Assembly: GCF_964355755.1 (NCBI RefSeq) | Contig: NC_092670.1 | Location: forward strand, 35,514,388-35,578,387 | Length of the DNA: 64,000 nucleotides | Direction of reading: 5' to 3' | From: Antedon mediterranea | Taxonomy: Eukaryota > Animalia > Echinodermata | Shown: one piece after another, positions 47,124 through 58,400 of the stretch | Position numbering within the stretch: position 1 is the first letter of the stretch | Layout of the letters: each line of letters opens with the position of its first letter | The notes under the pieces: generated by a model | Told to the model about the DNA's origin: nothing | Seen by the model: only the letters and a program-made list of their open reading frames with translations | Databases searched by the model: none | Program-made: the position numbers and the translations under genes

Positions 47124-48297
47124 TTACAATGGTTGATATTATAACCTAAAGAGGGGAAGAACGTAAGCCTACTGTCTTTTCAAAATGAAAATTGCCCTAC
47201 AGCTATTGCAGCCGACAGCCGACTCTCGCACAACTCTACGTCTGGAAGGTTATAGTCAGGAGACAAGAACATAGTACGGTACCGTACGAGTGTCGGGTTC
47301 AGCTATTATTCCGTCGATATCAATCAATACAACTGTATGTGCTATCACAGAAGATGAAGCTACACAGGCGTCACCTATAGCCACAGAATCAAAGTCAAAT
47401 CGAATGTTGTTAGACCCTATGGGTTCAAAAGACTGTGTCGAGAAGGGACGTTTTTAATGTTTAAATAAAGAAAAAGTAACTTTCAAAGTTATTTCAAAAT
47501 TAGCAATAATGTGTCGTATCACAATTTCATTAATTATTAAGGTATTCTTGGGACGTGAGTACTTCTTGTTTAATTGTCTTAATGTATGAAATAAAACATC
47601 TTCAGTGATAATGCGTTGTGCTGAGTATGATTCTATGAGTTTATTATACAACCAAAACAGTCTTCTGAAGATCTGAAAAGTTATATTGCCTTCCTATTTT
47701 TTTTTTAAACCTAAATTTGATTGTCCAAACAATTATTTTTTTATTTTTTTTTGTGGATAAAATAGTATGTTGCTCATAAGTCTACGTTATAGAATCGCTT
47801 CTTTGTATTCATATAAATCCAAAGGCAAATTACTGAAAAATAATGGCAATGCTCTGGGTATCAGTGGCTGGATCTCAATGAAGCTAAATCAAAACGATAA
47901 AGTAAAACAGCCAGAAAAAAGTAGCAGAGCCTTCGGGCAACACTAGCCTTTATATACATGTTGCACAGCAAACGATATATACCGCTGTGGCTGAATACAA
48001 TACATTGTATAATGCATGCTAACGACTGTTAGTATAAACATACATGCAAAATTAAAACAATACGCATGAAATACGGTGATTCAAAACTTGGCTTATTTTG
48101 AACGTAGTATGTCGCGCGACACAATTTACTCCGCTAAACTCAATGATTTTCAATGATTTTCGAACGGATTATGTATAAAATGTCTACGGCAATTTATCCC
48201 GCCGCCGTATAAATTCGGTTTGCGATGGCTTGTTTTGAAACCGTCGGGTTTACTGTATATCGCGCAAAATATGACAATTCTCTCCGTGTAAATAGGC

Positions 48298-49895
48298 TTA
48301 CAATGGTTGGTTTTGGAACTGATTGTAACCAATTGTACTTGGATTGCTTGGCTGTACTACAATCACCCTTTCGTTGTTGTCCATCATCCGCGGTATCATC
48401 CGACAACAAAGGCGGACACAAACTCCTACGATCGATGTGGAAAAGATGATCACGAAAAGAAAAACCCTGCGAAGGAACAAAAATGACATAGAAATGCATT
48501 AGAAAAATGGCAGTTGTTTCAAATGTAGTTCACAGTATGCGTACAATTCCAGTTATGTTCGGGTACCGCATTTTTATAATAGATGCTTAAATATTTCTAT
48601 ATACCGAGAGGTGCCGCATTTACGCGATATATTTTCGTAGGCCTCATAGGTACTGTTAGTGCATAAAGTCTAGAAGTGGCTGCAGCTGCACCCCCTCGCT
48701 GTTTGGTTTCTATGCTTCTGATCCAGAGAATATGACACAGAGTAATTGTATACATACCACATAATCCCATTCTGGGAGGATGAATTTTCAGCCTTACAAC
48801 ACGTTTCCCAATGACAGCAATATTCGTCATCAACGCATCTAGAATAAAAAATAAAACAGGCCTAGTATTAGTACGCCGCGCCTTTAGGCAGTTATATTCA
48901 AGTGGAAGGAATAATTAGGAAACTGTATTACATTTCATTTCAAAAGACATTTATTTTCCTCCATAGCAAAACAATACAAAATAATAAACAGAAATGGTAA
49001 GGTATATTAAAAATGAAATAGATGATTGTTGGATATACAAAAGAAAAGTGAATTTAAGAAAATTGGCTATGGAGGAAGGCATAATCCCAAGAAGATGAGG
49101 AAATCTTGTGCTGGGTATGCCTATGCAAATAAAATGGATAATTGAATAAGAGTGGAAATTAAGAGAAACAAACAAGACAAAAAAACGCACACAAAAGGAA
49201 AAAAAAATAAAAAATAAATAAATAAAAATAAATTAAAAAAATTAATAAATAAATTGAAAAAAATAGATCAATCAAATTGTAGAATCAGAAAATAAAACTC
49301 AAAAACAGCAGCATAAATCAAATTGCGATATTCGATTGTTGTCTTTTTAATAGTTTAACATGCATTAGGTGTTGTTTTAATTTTTTGGAAAATAAAGAAA
49401 TTGAAACAGCAAAGAACATAGAAGCTAATAGTTTACTATGGCTGAAAAAAAATGGGCATGCGCAAATGGGCATGCGCAAATGGGCATGCGCAAATGGGCA
49501 TGCGCAAATACCAAAGCATGTCTGTGAGAAGAGTGTCTATGATGTATGCAGGCTGTCGTCTGTAAAACCTGTTCAATAAACAATGTTTTCGTTTGGCTGT
49601 AAAGTATTATCGAATAATGGTCTAACAATCGTTCCTCTACGGCGAATTATTTGTAGGCCTATATAGTAGATGAAGAATATTATTTGATTATGCTGTACGA
49701 CGAAGGTTCGTGGTAAATTAGACATTTTTTTTACTGGAATGTTGAGGGTGGGTAACTACGACCCTAACTTTAGAGTAATTCCTCTACCCTACGAATATGC
49801 CTATGCAAAATACAGTAGGCCTACTGTGTGTATAGTTTAGTTTATAATTATTTTTGTTCTGTACAGAGTAGAATTTGAAATAAAAACGTTGCTTG

Positions 49896-49949
<54 letters not shown>

Positions 49950-50989
49950 GATAGCTTAATCAAATCCGGTACAGAAAGAAACCAATATTTATGTATTGAA
50001 TACCCGATAGACTTTATAGACTTATAGGCCTAGACTTTATAATTTTTAGACTATATTTATCGTAACAAAAAATGTTTACTACCGACTTCACTACCAACAA
50101 AAAAAATATTATTTCTTATATAGGCCTATATAGAAAGAACAATAATAATAATAATGTTTTTAATTAATAATAATAATTAAAATGTTTTTTTATGAAAATG
50201 AAGAAAACAGTACTCACGGTTTAGAAACACAGGACTGAAAAATACAAAGTAAAGTGAAAGAAAAGTAAATATACGTTTCTAACATATTCTGCATTGTAAT
50301 GAAAATAATTTTAAGCAGAAATATTTAAACGAACTATCGGCCTAATAAATTTAATGTATAACTTAATAAGTTTAATTATCTACTATTCTTACGAGTTGCA
50401 AAACACAAAATTGTTTGATTGTAGTTGGAGATTAGGGGTGTCTAGAAAACTTAAATCTAGAAAACTCAGATCTCAGAAATATCTGTTTTGAGTTTTCTAG
50501 TAAACTCTAATCTCCCTTTACAATCTTGCATAGGTACCCTTAACCTATACATGATTTTGCCGAATGAAAAAAGACCTATTAGATTCAAACGTATCGGTTA
50601 TACGTGTTGTAACGCGGATACGTGTGCGTATACGTAAGTTTGCCCAAACTTCCAAGTCAAAAGTCTATGTGGCTTATTATATCATGGATGTATTCATTAT
50701 TATGTTGAACCATGGAGGAAAAAATAAAGGAATAATATACGATCTGCTTGTTTATTCCAGAATTTTAAAAAAAGAAAGAAAGATAAGATAGTTTATGTTT
50801 CTAGTGCGGCATTTAACATTAAGCTTTTGATCACAGGTTTGAGAGATCTCATTTTATTTTTTCCTCCATTGTTGAAGTAAACCACGGTTCACTGGTTCCC
50901 CCCCCCCCCCCACCCCAATAAATACTTACAGGATCATCTGCAAGAACGGCTGGTAAGACAATTAACAATGTGAAACAAAGTCCAAACAT
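48298..50989 (-). CDS. Small single-pass six-cysteine membrane protein (Shisa-like/WBP1-VOPP1-TMEM92 type), paralog 1, 108 aa
   Basis: Exons 50989-50930 (MFGLCFTLLIVLPAVLADDP, |GTAAGT), 50234-50218 (17 nt, SCVSKP, |GTGAGT), 48838-48758 (CVDDEYCCHWETCCKAENSSSQNGIMW, |GTATGT) and 48466-48298 (VFLFVIIFSTSIVGVCVRLCCRMIPRMMDNNERVIVVQPSNPSTIGYNQFQNQPL*). All are GT-AG with phases 0/2/2, and paralog 2 has the same structure. Confidence 0.85.
49451..49508. repeat. 14-bp tandem repeat, 4 copies
   Basis: (AATGGGCATGCGCA)4. Confidence 0.9.
49897..49949. repeat. (TGAT)n microsatellite
   Basis: About 13 perfect TTGA/GATT units. Confidence 0.95.
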
Positions 50990-51661
50990 AGTTAATGGTG
51001 TGAAGATCTGAAATTATATATTTAAGACAGATTTAATTATAGGCCAACCAAATAAAGAAAAATTATACCAAGATTAGCAAGGCAATTTAAATGCTACGAA
51101 CGTGTGTATTACGTTACGTAAGTTTTCCAGAAAAGGTGCGCGCTAAGTTCGATTTGCGACTTAAATTTTATTAAAAATTCACAGATATGTTTATCATCAA
51201 TCAAGTTGTAATTACGGCGTCATCGTTATATTATGATCACACTCTGAGGACCTCACATTCAGGCAGATTTGCCAGGATAAAAGTAACGTTATTTAGGTAA
51301 TATCATATTATTGTGTTCGTGTCTATATCCCACTTCATCTTTAGAGGCCTATAGAAAACATTAACCTGTCATTTAAGCTCTAATTGTTTCTTCCTGAACT
51401 TAGGCCTACATGCTCAAATGCTTGTGTCGGAGTCCATCCTCTATAGTAGGTCTACACGCTTTATCCATTTTTACAATAAATCATAGGCCTACATTAATTA
51501 ATAAAACGTTTCTTATGATTTCTCGAATTTTAACTCAATTTATTCTCAATTGTTTTGCAATTATTAGAAAAGTGTAGGCCTAAAAACTACAGATGTTACA
51601 TTCTAATCTATGAACTTAAGTAAGATACCGTATTGTTTACAAATCATTTGTTGCATATATC

Positions 51662-52213
51662 TAGGGAGGTTTCGCAACCTTACGAATACGATAACGAAAA
51701 CGGATACGTCACACATTTGTGAAACCATGGAGGAAAAAATTAATTTATTTTTTCCTCCATGGTGAAACTTTTGAGCTATTTCATATTCGTAAAGCGTATT
51801 CATGTTGACGAATATCACCAGTCATATTCGTAACTACAAAACGAGTATAGTTTTTGATCTATTTTGCACATTTTGTATTTCAATCAGGAATGATTCATGA
51901 TTATAATATAATGATACTTTTATTTGAAAGTAATTTACTAAAGTAATTTACTAAAATGCCAGGTCAATTATGATAAATAGCAGTTTTTAAAGTCCTCACT
52001 CGCTTTGATGTTACGCTAGGCCTAGGCAGCCAAGCACCAAGCAACACGTACCCGCGCTTCGCTCAAATTTACCGCAGTCATATTTTGAACGGGGCCCTCA
52101 ATAATATTTCGTTGCCATGCGAAACAGATTTTTACTGGCTTACGAAAAACGAATACGTGTGCGTGACGTATTCGTTTTCGTTATCGTATTCGTAAGGTTG
52201 CGAAAACTCCCTA
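51662..52213. mobile_element. MITE with about 50-bp TIRs TAGGGAG.TTTCGCAACCTTACGAATACGATAACGAAAAC
   Basis: Near-perfect inverted termini. Contains a small ACCATGGAGGAAAAAA hairpin at about 51723-51763. Confidence 0.8.
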
Positions 52214-52852
52214 TCGTATACTACACTATACTGTAAACACTACTGTATGCAATTTTTACTATTTTTTTTAGCAGCCCTATCTAAAATTCAAGAATACAAT
52301 GAACAAAGAGAGTGTTAACGAAACATCTAGTCGAATAAATTGGGAGTTTACACCAAAAGATAGAAAAAAAACTTACGTAAAAGTTTTGTACAAAGTCAAG
52401 TTTGCTGAAATCACATTCGCTTGCAGTCAGCAAACATAAACAACAAATACGGTTTTGCGAAATAAAATGGACGACAGACGGTATAAGTTACAGAACGAAG
52501 TAACCGGAAATGTTTGGTTGATTCACTGGTTCAAAACGTTGGCATACAGTCAATTCAGTGAGTTTATAGTCTCCCTAAAGGGGAGAGGGTGAGGGGTTCA
52601 GCTACCGATTATAATTTGACCTAACTTAAGACTAAGAGGGTGCACCATTTATCATCTTCTCTCAATACCGTCATCTAGTTACGTCACTGATATCTTTAAA
52701 CATATTTCTGTAAAAGTATACATACCATACCCTGCTGCTGTTTTCTTCTAAATTATAAGTTAGGCTGTCGGTACTTCAATTTAATTTAATGGCAATTTTT
52801 TTAAAAACTTGACGCTCCAAGTTTACGCACAATATTTTTATTTTATCATTTC

Positions 52853-54555
52853 TTTAATTAGGTGATCATTTAGAATAAAATGATCACCTATTGTTATTGT
52901 ATCAAATCTTTGTTATTATTGTTTCTGGGCACTATTTTGTGTAACAAATATCTAAAAAAGTTTAATGTCAATGATTACCAAAATTTCACAATGTCTTTCA
53001 AATACTGTAACTTAGTCCTAATAAGCTTTTCAACGTGATCACTCATCCGTGACGTCACGTATACGCCATTTTGTGAAATAACATTATCAATCATATCTCC
53101 ATAATTCATTATCACATATTAATGAAATTCACTATACATAAACTTCAGGTCAAGGGTAAAAATATTAGCAAATAAAAACGCGCGTGCACGTAGGGTCATG
53201 CGCGTGAAATTGCGCGTTAAAAATTTAAAAATCTCAAAATTAAGTTTTGATCAATTTAGAGCATCAATTAGGCCATTTGCGTGTTTCAAAAAATTACTGC
53301 GCAAAAATGCGTTTTTGCGCGCGCGATTCTTAAAAAGCGTAAAAATACGATTTTTTTTGTAGAAATCGCATTCTACTCACCATCCTTAGTACATTCACCA
53401 AATTTGAGTCTGTTCCGACTTAAAATAACGCTATACGAGCATGTTATTTTTAAAAATGACAAAATGCGCACATTAATTGCATAAAAGTGCTGAAAATGAT
53501 GAAAAATAAGGCATGTTTACAATGAACGTTATTTGAGCCCGATTTTCGCACACATTTTAGTATGTGCTTGCTCAATTAATTATCTTTCTCATGAGTTGTC
53601 AACAATTTCATTTTGATGACGTCATCACGTGTAAAAACTTGAATAACGTAGGCCGTGTAATTTCACCTTCACTATATATTTGAATATTTGACAGCTCTTC
53701 AGAATTAAAGGTGACCTTGAAGATTATTACTTATTATGAAAGCTGATGAAATGTAGATATGAATTCATATAAAAATTAAGCCTATCGGATGTTGTGATGT
53801 TATCACATGGCCAGTTGAAGTTAAAAAGTAGTTTTTAAATTTCTTTAGTCAAAGTTATACAAATTTCAAAGAGCGCGCATTGCGCTTCTACGTGTCAAAT
53901 TCTCTTCCAATCCTTATATTTATTTGCTCAATTCATTATCTTTTGAAATTGTCATCTTAGAGTTTATTTTGATAATTCCATCATACCAAAAATTTAGAAT
54001 ATGATGTGGGTCCCGTAATTTCACCTATGCTACACTGTATATAGATATAACTGTTGGTGTGGGTGTGTGTGTGTGTGTCTGTTGATCTTTATGTGTATGT
54101 GTAGTTATATGTTTACATTTATATATATAAGTATATAATCTTCTTACATGGCTTCCCAACATACAAGTTTCAATTGGATTTTTGTTTCCAATTGATCGAT
54201 ACTTTCTTGGGTTTTTTTTGCCTCTTTCATTTTGTATATAACTGAATCATCTTTTTATACATTATGACTTACTGTATTATATCTCTAAAAAAAAATATTT
54301 ATTTAAAAAATATCAGAAATTATAATGTTTTTTACTCAAATATGAATGAAAGAAATAAATGTTTATTTGAATTTGAATATACAGTATATACTGTACATAT
54401 TGTATATGGCACATAATAGGTACAACTCAGCACTATAAGTGTATATGCATCATGTCATAGCATGGCGTACATCAACTTTTTACGATCGTTAATTTCATTA
54501 AAATGATAAAAATGATCACCTATAATTCTTCAAAGTGACGAATTAAATTCTAGTT
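52853..54555 (+). mobile_element. About 1.7-kb Helentron-like non-autonomous element
   Basis: 5' hairpin AGGTGATCATT...AATGATCACCT followed by ATTGTTATT. The 3' end has a subterminal AATGATCACCT, a short hairpin AATTC...GAATT and CTAGTT. Flanks are T-rich with no TSD. Confidence 0.6.
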
Positions 54556-54887
54556 CATTTTAAATCGTTTATTTTTATAGACATATATGTATATTGTATT
54601 GTTGTAAACGTGCTAATATATCTTATTATTATTTCGTGTTTGTCGCTTATAGATAACGATATGCGATGCGTCTATTTTACTGCATTCTATGCCTATATAA
54701 TATAATATATACAGTACAAACAATCGACCAGGTGTTCGAACTTGAAAGTAAGTCTCTAGAACACCGCCACGAACTAAAGTTACACTCGGCTATCCGCAAT
54801 TGTAAATTCACACTTTCGAATAAATAATGATATGTTTTTTTCTATTGTTTATTACGTTTATTACGGTGAATTGTTAGTTACTCTTAA

Positions 54888-55148
54888 AGATGTATTGTCC
54901 TCCTGAAAAGATAATTTTACATTTTTTGTTGTTGAATATTCCATTTTAATGTCACAAACTGTAATTTAAAGCAAAAAATAGTAAAACTGGCTGCCACCCA
55001 ATAGGATTTTGGTTGAATTTAAGTGAAAACAATTTGTTTTCGCTTTTTTGTACAGAACTGATTAACTTGATTAAAACTACAAAATAACCTATTCAGAGTC
55101 TGATTTAATTAATCTTAATTTTTCATGTTTTTGGGGGAACGTATATCT
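54888..55148. mobile_element. MITE family B (Kolobok-like), complete copy
   Basis: TTAA|AGATGTATTGTCC ... GGAACGTATATCT|TTAA. Confidence 0.75.
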
Positions 55149-55457
55149 TTAAGCAATAACAGCGTTATACTTCAATTTAAACAAGTCTTAATTACCAATT
55201 TTACAACAGCTACGCATAAGTATTTGTTTCAAAAGCCCCTATACTAGACACACTGCAAGTCTACACAAAGTTGCAAAATAGAGGTAGGCCTACTATGGCC
55301 CTGAACTTAAAATGTATTAATTTAATAAGGAAATAATTAATATTAGAGGAATCGATGACCATGACAGAAACTAGGGTTGGCAGAATGTATTCATTTCTTC
55401 TGAGTTTACAAAACATATTTTCTCAAAAGCAAAGTGCAAAAGAAATTTCTTTTCACT

Positions 55458-58400
55458 TTACACAGTTTTGTTTTCGAATTGGTTGTAACCAGGAGGTACA
55501 GTCTGATTGGGTGACTGATGAATCACAACAACACTATCTGGTCTTCGTCTGCAACAGCAATAACAGCAAGCGATGCATCCACCGATGCTAGCCAATATTC
55601 CAAAGGTGAATAAAACCCTGGTAAGAGAAAAAAGAGTTTAAATAATGTAAGATACTCTCAGGAAACATATTTTTCCGCTGCACAAAACAATTCGGTAATT
55701 CGGCTCAGAGATCGGTAATCATCTGTTACATTATTCGGTAATTCGGCTCTGAGCTCGGTAATCAACTTTTACATTTCGGTAATTCGGTTCAAAACTCGGT
55801 AATCAACTTGTATTCGGTAATTCGACTCAGAGCTCGGTAATAAGATTGTACACTATTCGGTAATTCGGCTTAGAGTTCGGTAATCAACTTGTAAATTTCG
55901 GTAATTCGGCTCAGAGCTCTGTAATCAACTTGAAAATTTTGGTAATTCGGCTCAGAGCTCGGTAATATGACTGTAACTTGGCTCAGAGAGCTCGGTAATT
56001 AACTTGTAAATTTCGGTAATTCGACTCAGAGCTCCGGTAATAAGATTGTACATTATTCTGTAATTCGGCTTAGAGCTCGGTAATCAACTTGTACATTTCG
56101 GTAATTCGGCTCAAAGCTCGGTAATCAACTTATGCATTAGTCGGTATTTCGGAACAGAGCTCGGTAATCAACTTGTACATTAGTTGGTATTTCGGCTCAG
56201 AGCTCGGTAATCAACTTGTACATTTTGGTAATTCGACTCAGAGCTCGGTAATCAACTTGTACATTAGTTGGTATTTCGGCTCAGAGCTCGGTAATTAACT
56301 TGTATATTTCGGTAATTCGACTCAGAGCTCGGTAATCAACTTGTACATTAGTCGGTATTTCGGCTCAGAGCTCGGTAATCAACTTGTACCGTACATTAGT
56401 TGGTATTTCGGCTCAGAGATTGTAATCAACTTGTACATTTCGGTAATTCGCCTAAGAGCTCGGTAATCAACTTGTACATTAGTCGTTATTTCGGCTCAGA
56501 GCTCGGTAATCAACTTGTACATTTCGGTAATTCGGCTAAGAGCTCGGTAATCAACTTGTACATTAGTCGTTATTTCGGCTCAGAGCTCGGTAATCAACTT
56601 GTACATTTCGGTAATTCGGCTAAGAGCTCGGTAATCAACTTGTACATTTCGGTAATTCGGCTCAGAGCTCGGTAATCAACTTGTACATTTCGGTAATTCG
56701 ACTCAGAGCTCGGTAATCAACTTGTACATTAGTTGGTATTTCGGCTCAGAGCTCGGTAATCAACTTGTACATTTCGGTCATTCGACTCAGAGCTCGGTAA
56801 TCAACTTGTACATTAGTCGTTATTTCGGCTCAGAGCTCGGTAATCAACTTGTACATTTCGGTAATTCGGCTAAGAGCTCGGTAATCAACTTGTACATTTC
56901 GGTAATTCGGCTCAGAGCTCGGTAATCAACTTGTACATTAGTCGTTATTTCGGCTCAGTGCACGGTAATCAGTCAATGTAAATCATTGAATAATTTGGCC
57001 CACAGATTATTTTTAACTTCCACATTAGTTTATTCTACATTGTTGCTTATTTCTAATTTGTTTCCCTACTGCAGCAAACGGATAAAAACAACTTTTAGTT
57101 ATATTAATATTTATTATTCTACCAGGGAAGAGTGAAATTCAATATTTCCTGATTCTACCAATAGCGTGACACCTTACGTTAAAGTTAAAAGATTATGTGA
57201 TTTTGTATCATTTAAAAATAATAAATAACATATTGAGAGAAAGATAACTGTTTTTATGAAATAATATTACAGTAGGCCTATTAGTTGAAATTATTGTGAC
57301 ATTTTGTTTCCTTCAATTTTGATGAACCGCTGTTTTCTTCAGTTTTTAGTCGCGTGAAAGCGACTCTATAGTTCACTATGTCGGTCGGTCGGTCGGTCTG
57401 TCTGTCGGTCCGGTATCACTATGCGTTTTATCGCTTTCTAACCTTATCTTGATATCAGTTTAATCTAGCTAAGTCAATTTTTCACAGTATATTCCTTATG
57501 GCCAGGAATCGATGTGGTTATGTTTTCACGGTGCGCAATAAAAAATTACGCGGTCTACGCACGATTTAACGAAATCACGTTTGTAATCATATCTTCACAA
57601 CCATGAATCACAATTAAATAAAATTTGGTACTCATAAATTTCAGGGCATAAATCATCATATGGCAATACAATTACGTGCGTAGCGCATATAACGCATGCG
57701 TACGCGCGCTTAAAATTTTCAAAATTTATTTTCGATGAAATAAGAGTACGTTTTAGGCAATTGTAAGCGTTTACAAAATATTGCCATGAGTGCCAGGCTA
57801 CGCACGTGTAAATTAAAAAAAATATAACTGTTTTAAAACATTTCAACATTTTTAAACATGTTCAGTAATTTCGGTCAGTTGGTAGGTTGGTCGATCGGTC
57901 GGTAAACACTAAGCACGCGACTGCAGCCATCTATATGGCCTTGTTAATTTGCATATACGTTTTTGCACATTTTGGCTCTGATGATTCACCTCTCCCAATC
58001 TCAGTATAGCTTTGTTTGAGCACCAAGTACAAAGGTATATGCGAGTCAAGATTCTTATTAGTAGGAAATGAACTTGTCACTTTACCGATAATGAAAATTT
58101 ATAAAATTAATGTAAAAATTATACATACCACACCCACCACAATACTCCGTCGCCGGTGGAACAACACGTTTCATATTCGCAGCAATATTCGTTACTGAAA
58201 CACCTACAAATAATGAAACAAAAAATTATTTAAGGAGTGAACTAAATTCATTTTAATTTGGTCTTAGCTAAAAACAAAGTTATAAAAAAATGATTTACTC
58301 ACTGGTTTATAAGGCATACCTGAAAAATAAAACAGTGTATTCAGCATATTATTATTCATTAATTTTTCAGAAAGACATATACAAGATATACATGAATAAA

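Noticed and set aside
47200-47456. Coding-like stretch as an alternative last exon of the MFS gene or of microprotein paralog 1
   Set aside because: Splicing in the required phases gives early stops and the peptides have no family motif. The donor-like GTAAGC overlapping the paralog 1 stop could not be linked to a convincing exon.
49451-49508. NRF1-like GCATGCGCA array as a promoter
   Set aside because: It is an intronic simple tandem repeat, an imperfect match, and has no other promoter evidence.
56400-56925. ORFs with 28-aa repeats
   Set aside because: They are translations of the 84-bp satellite dimer.
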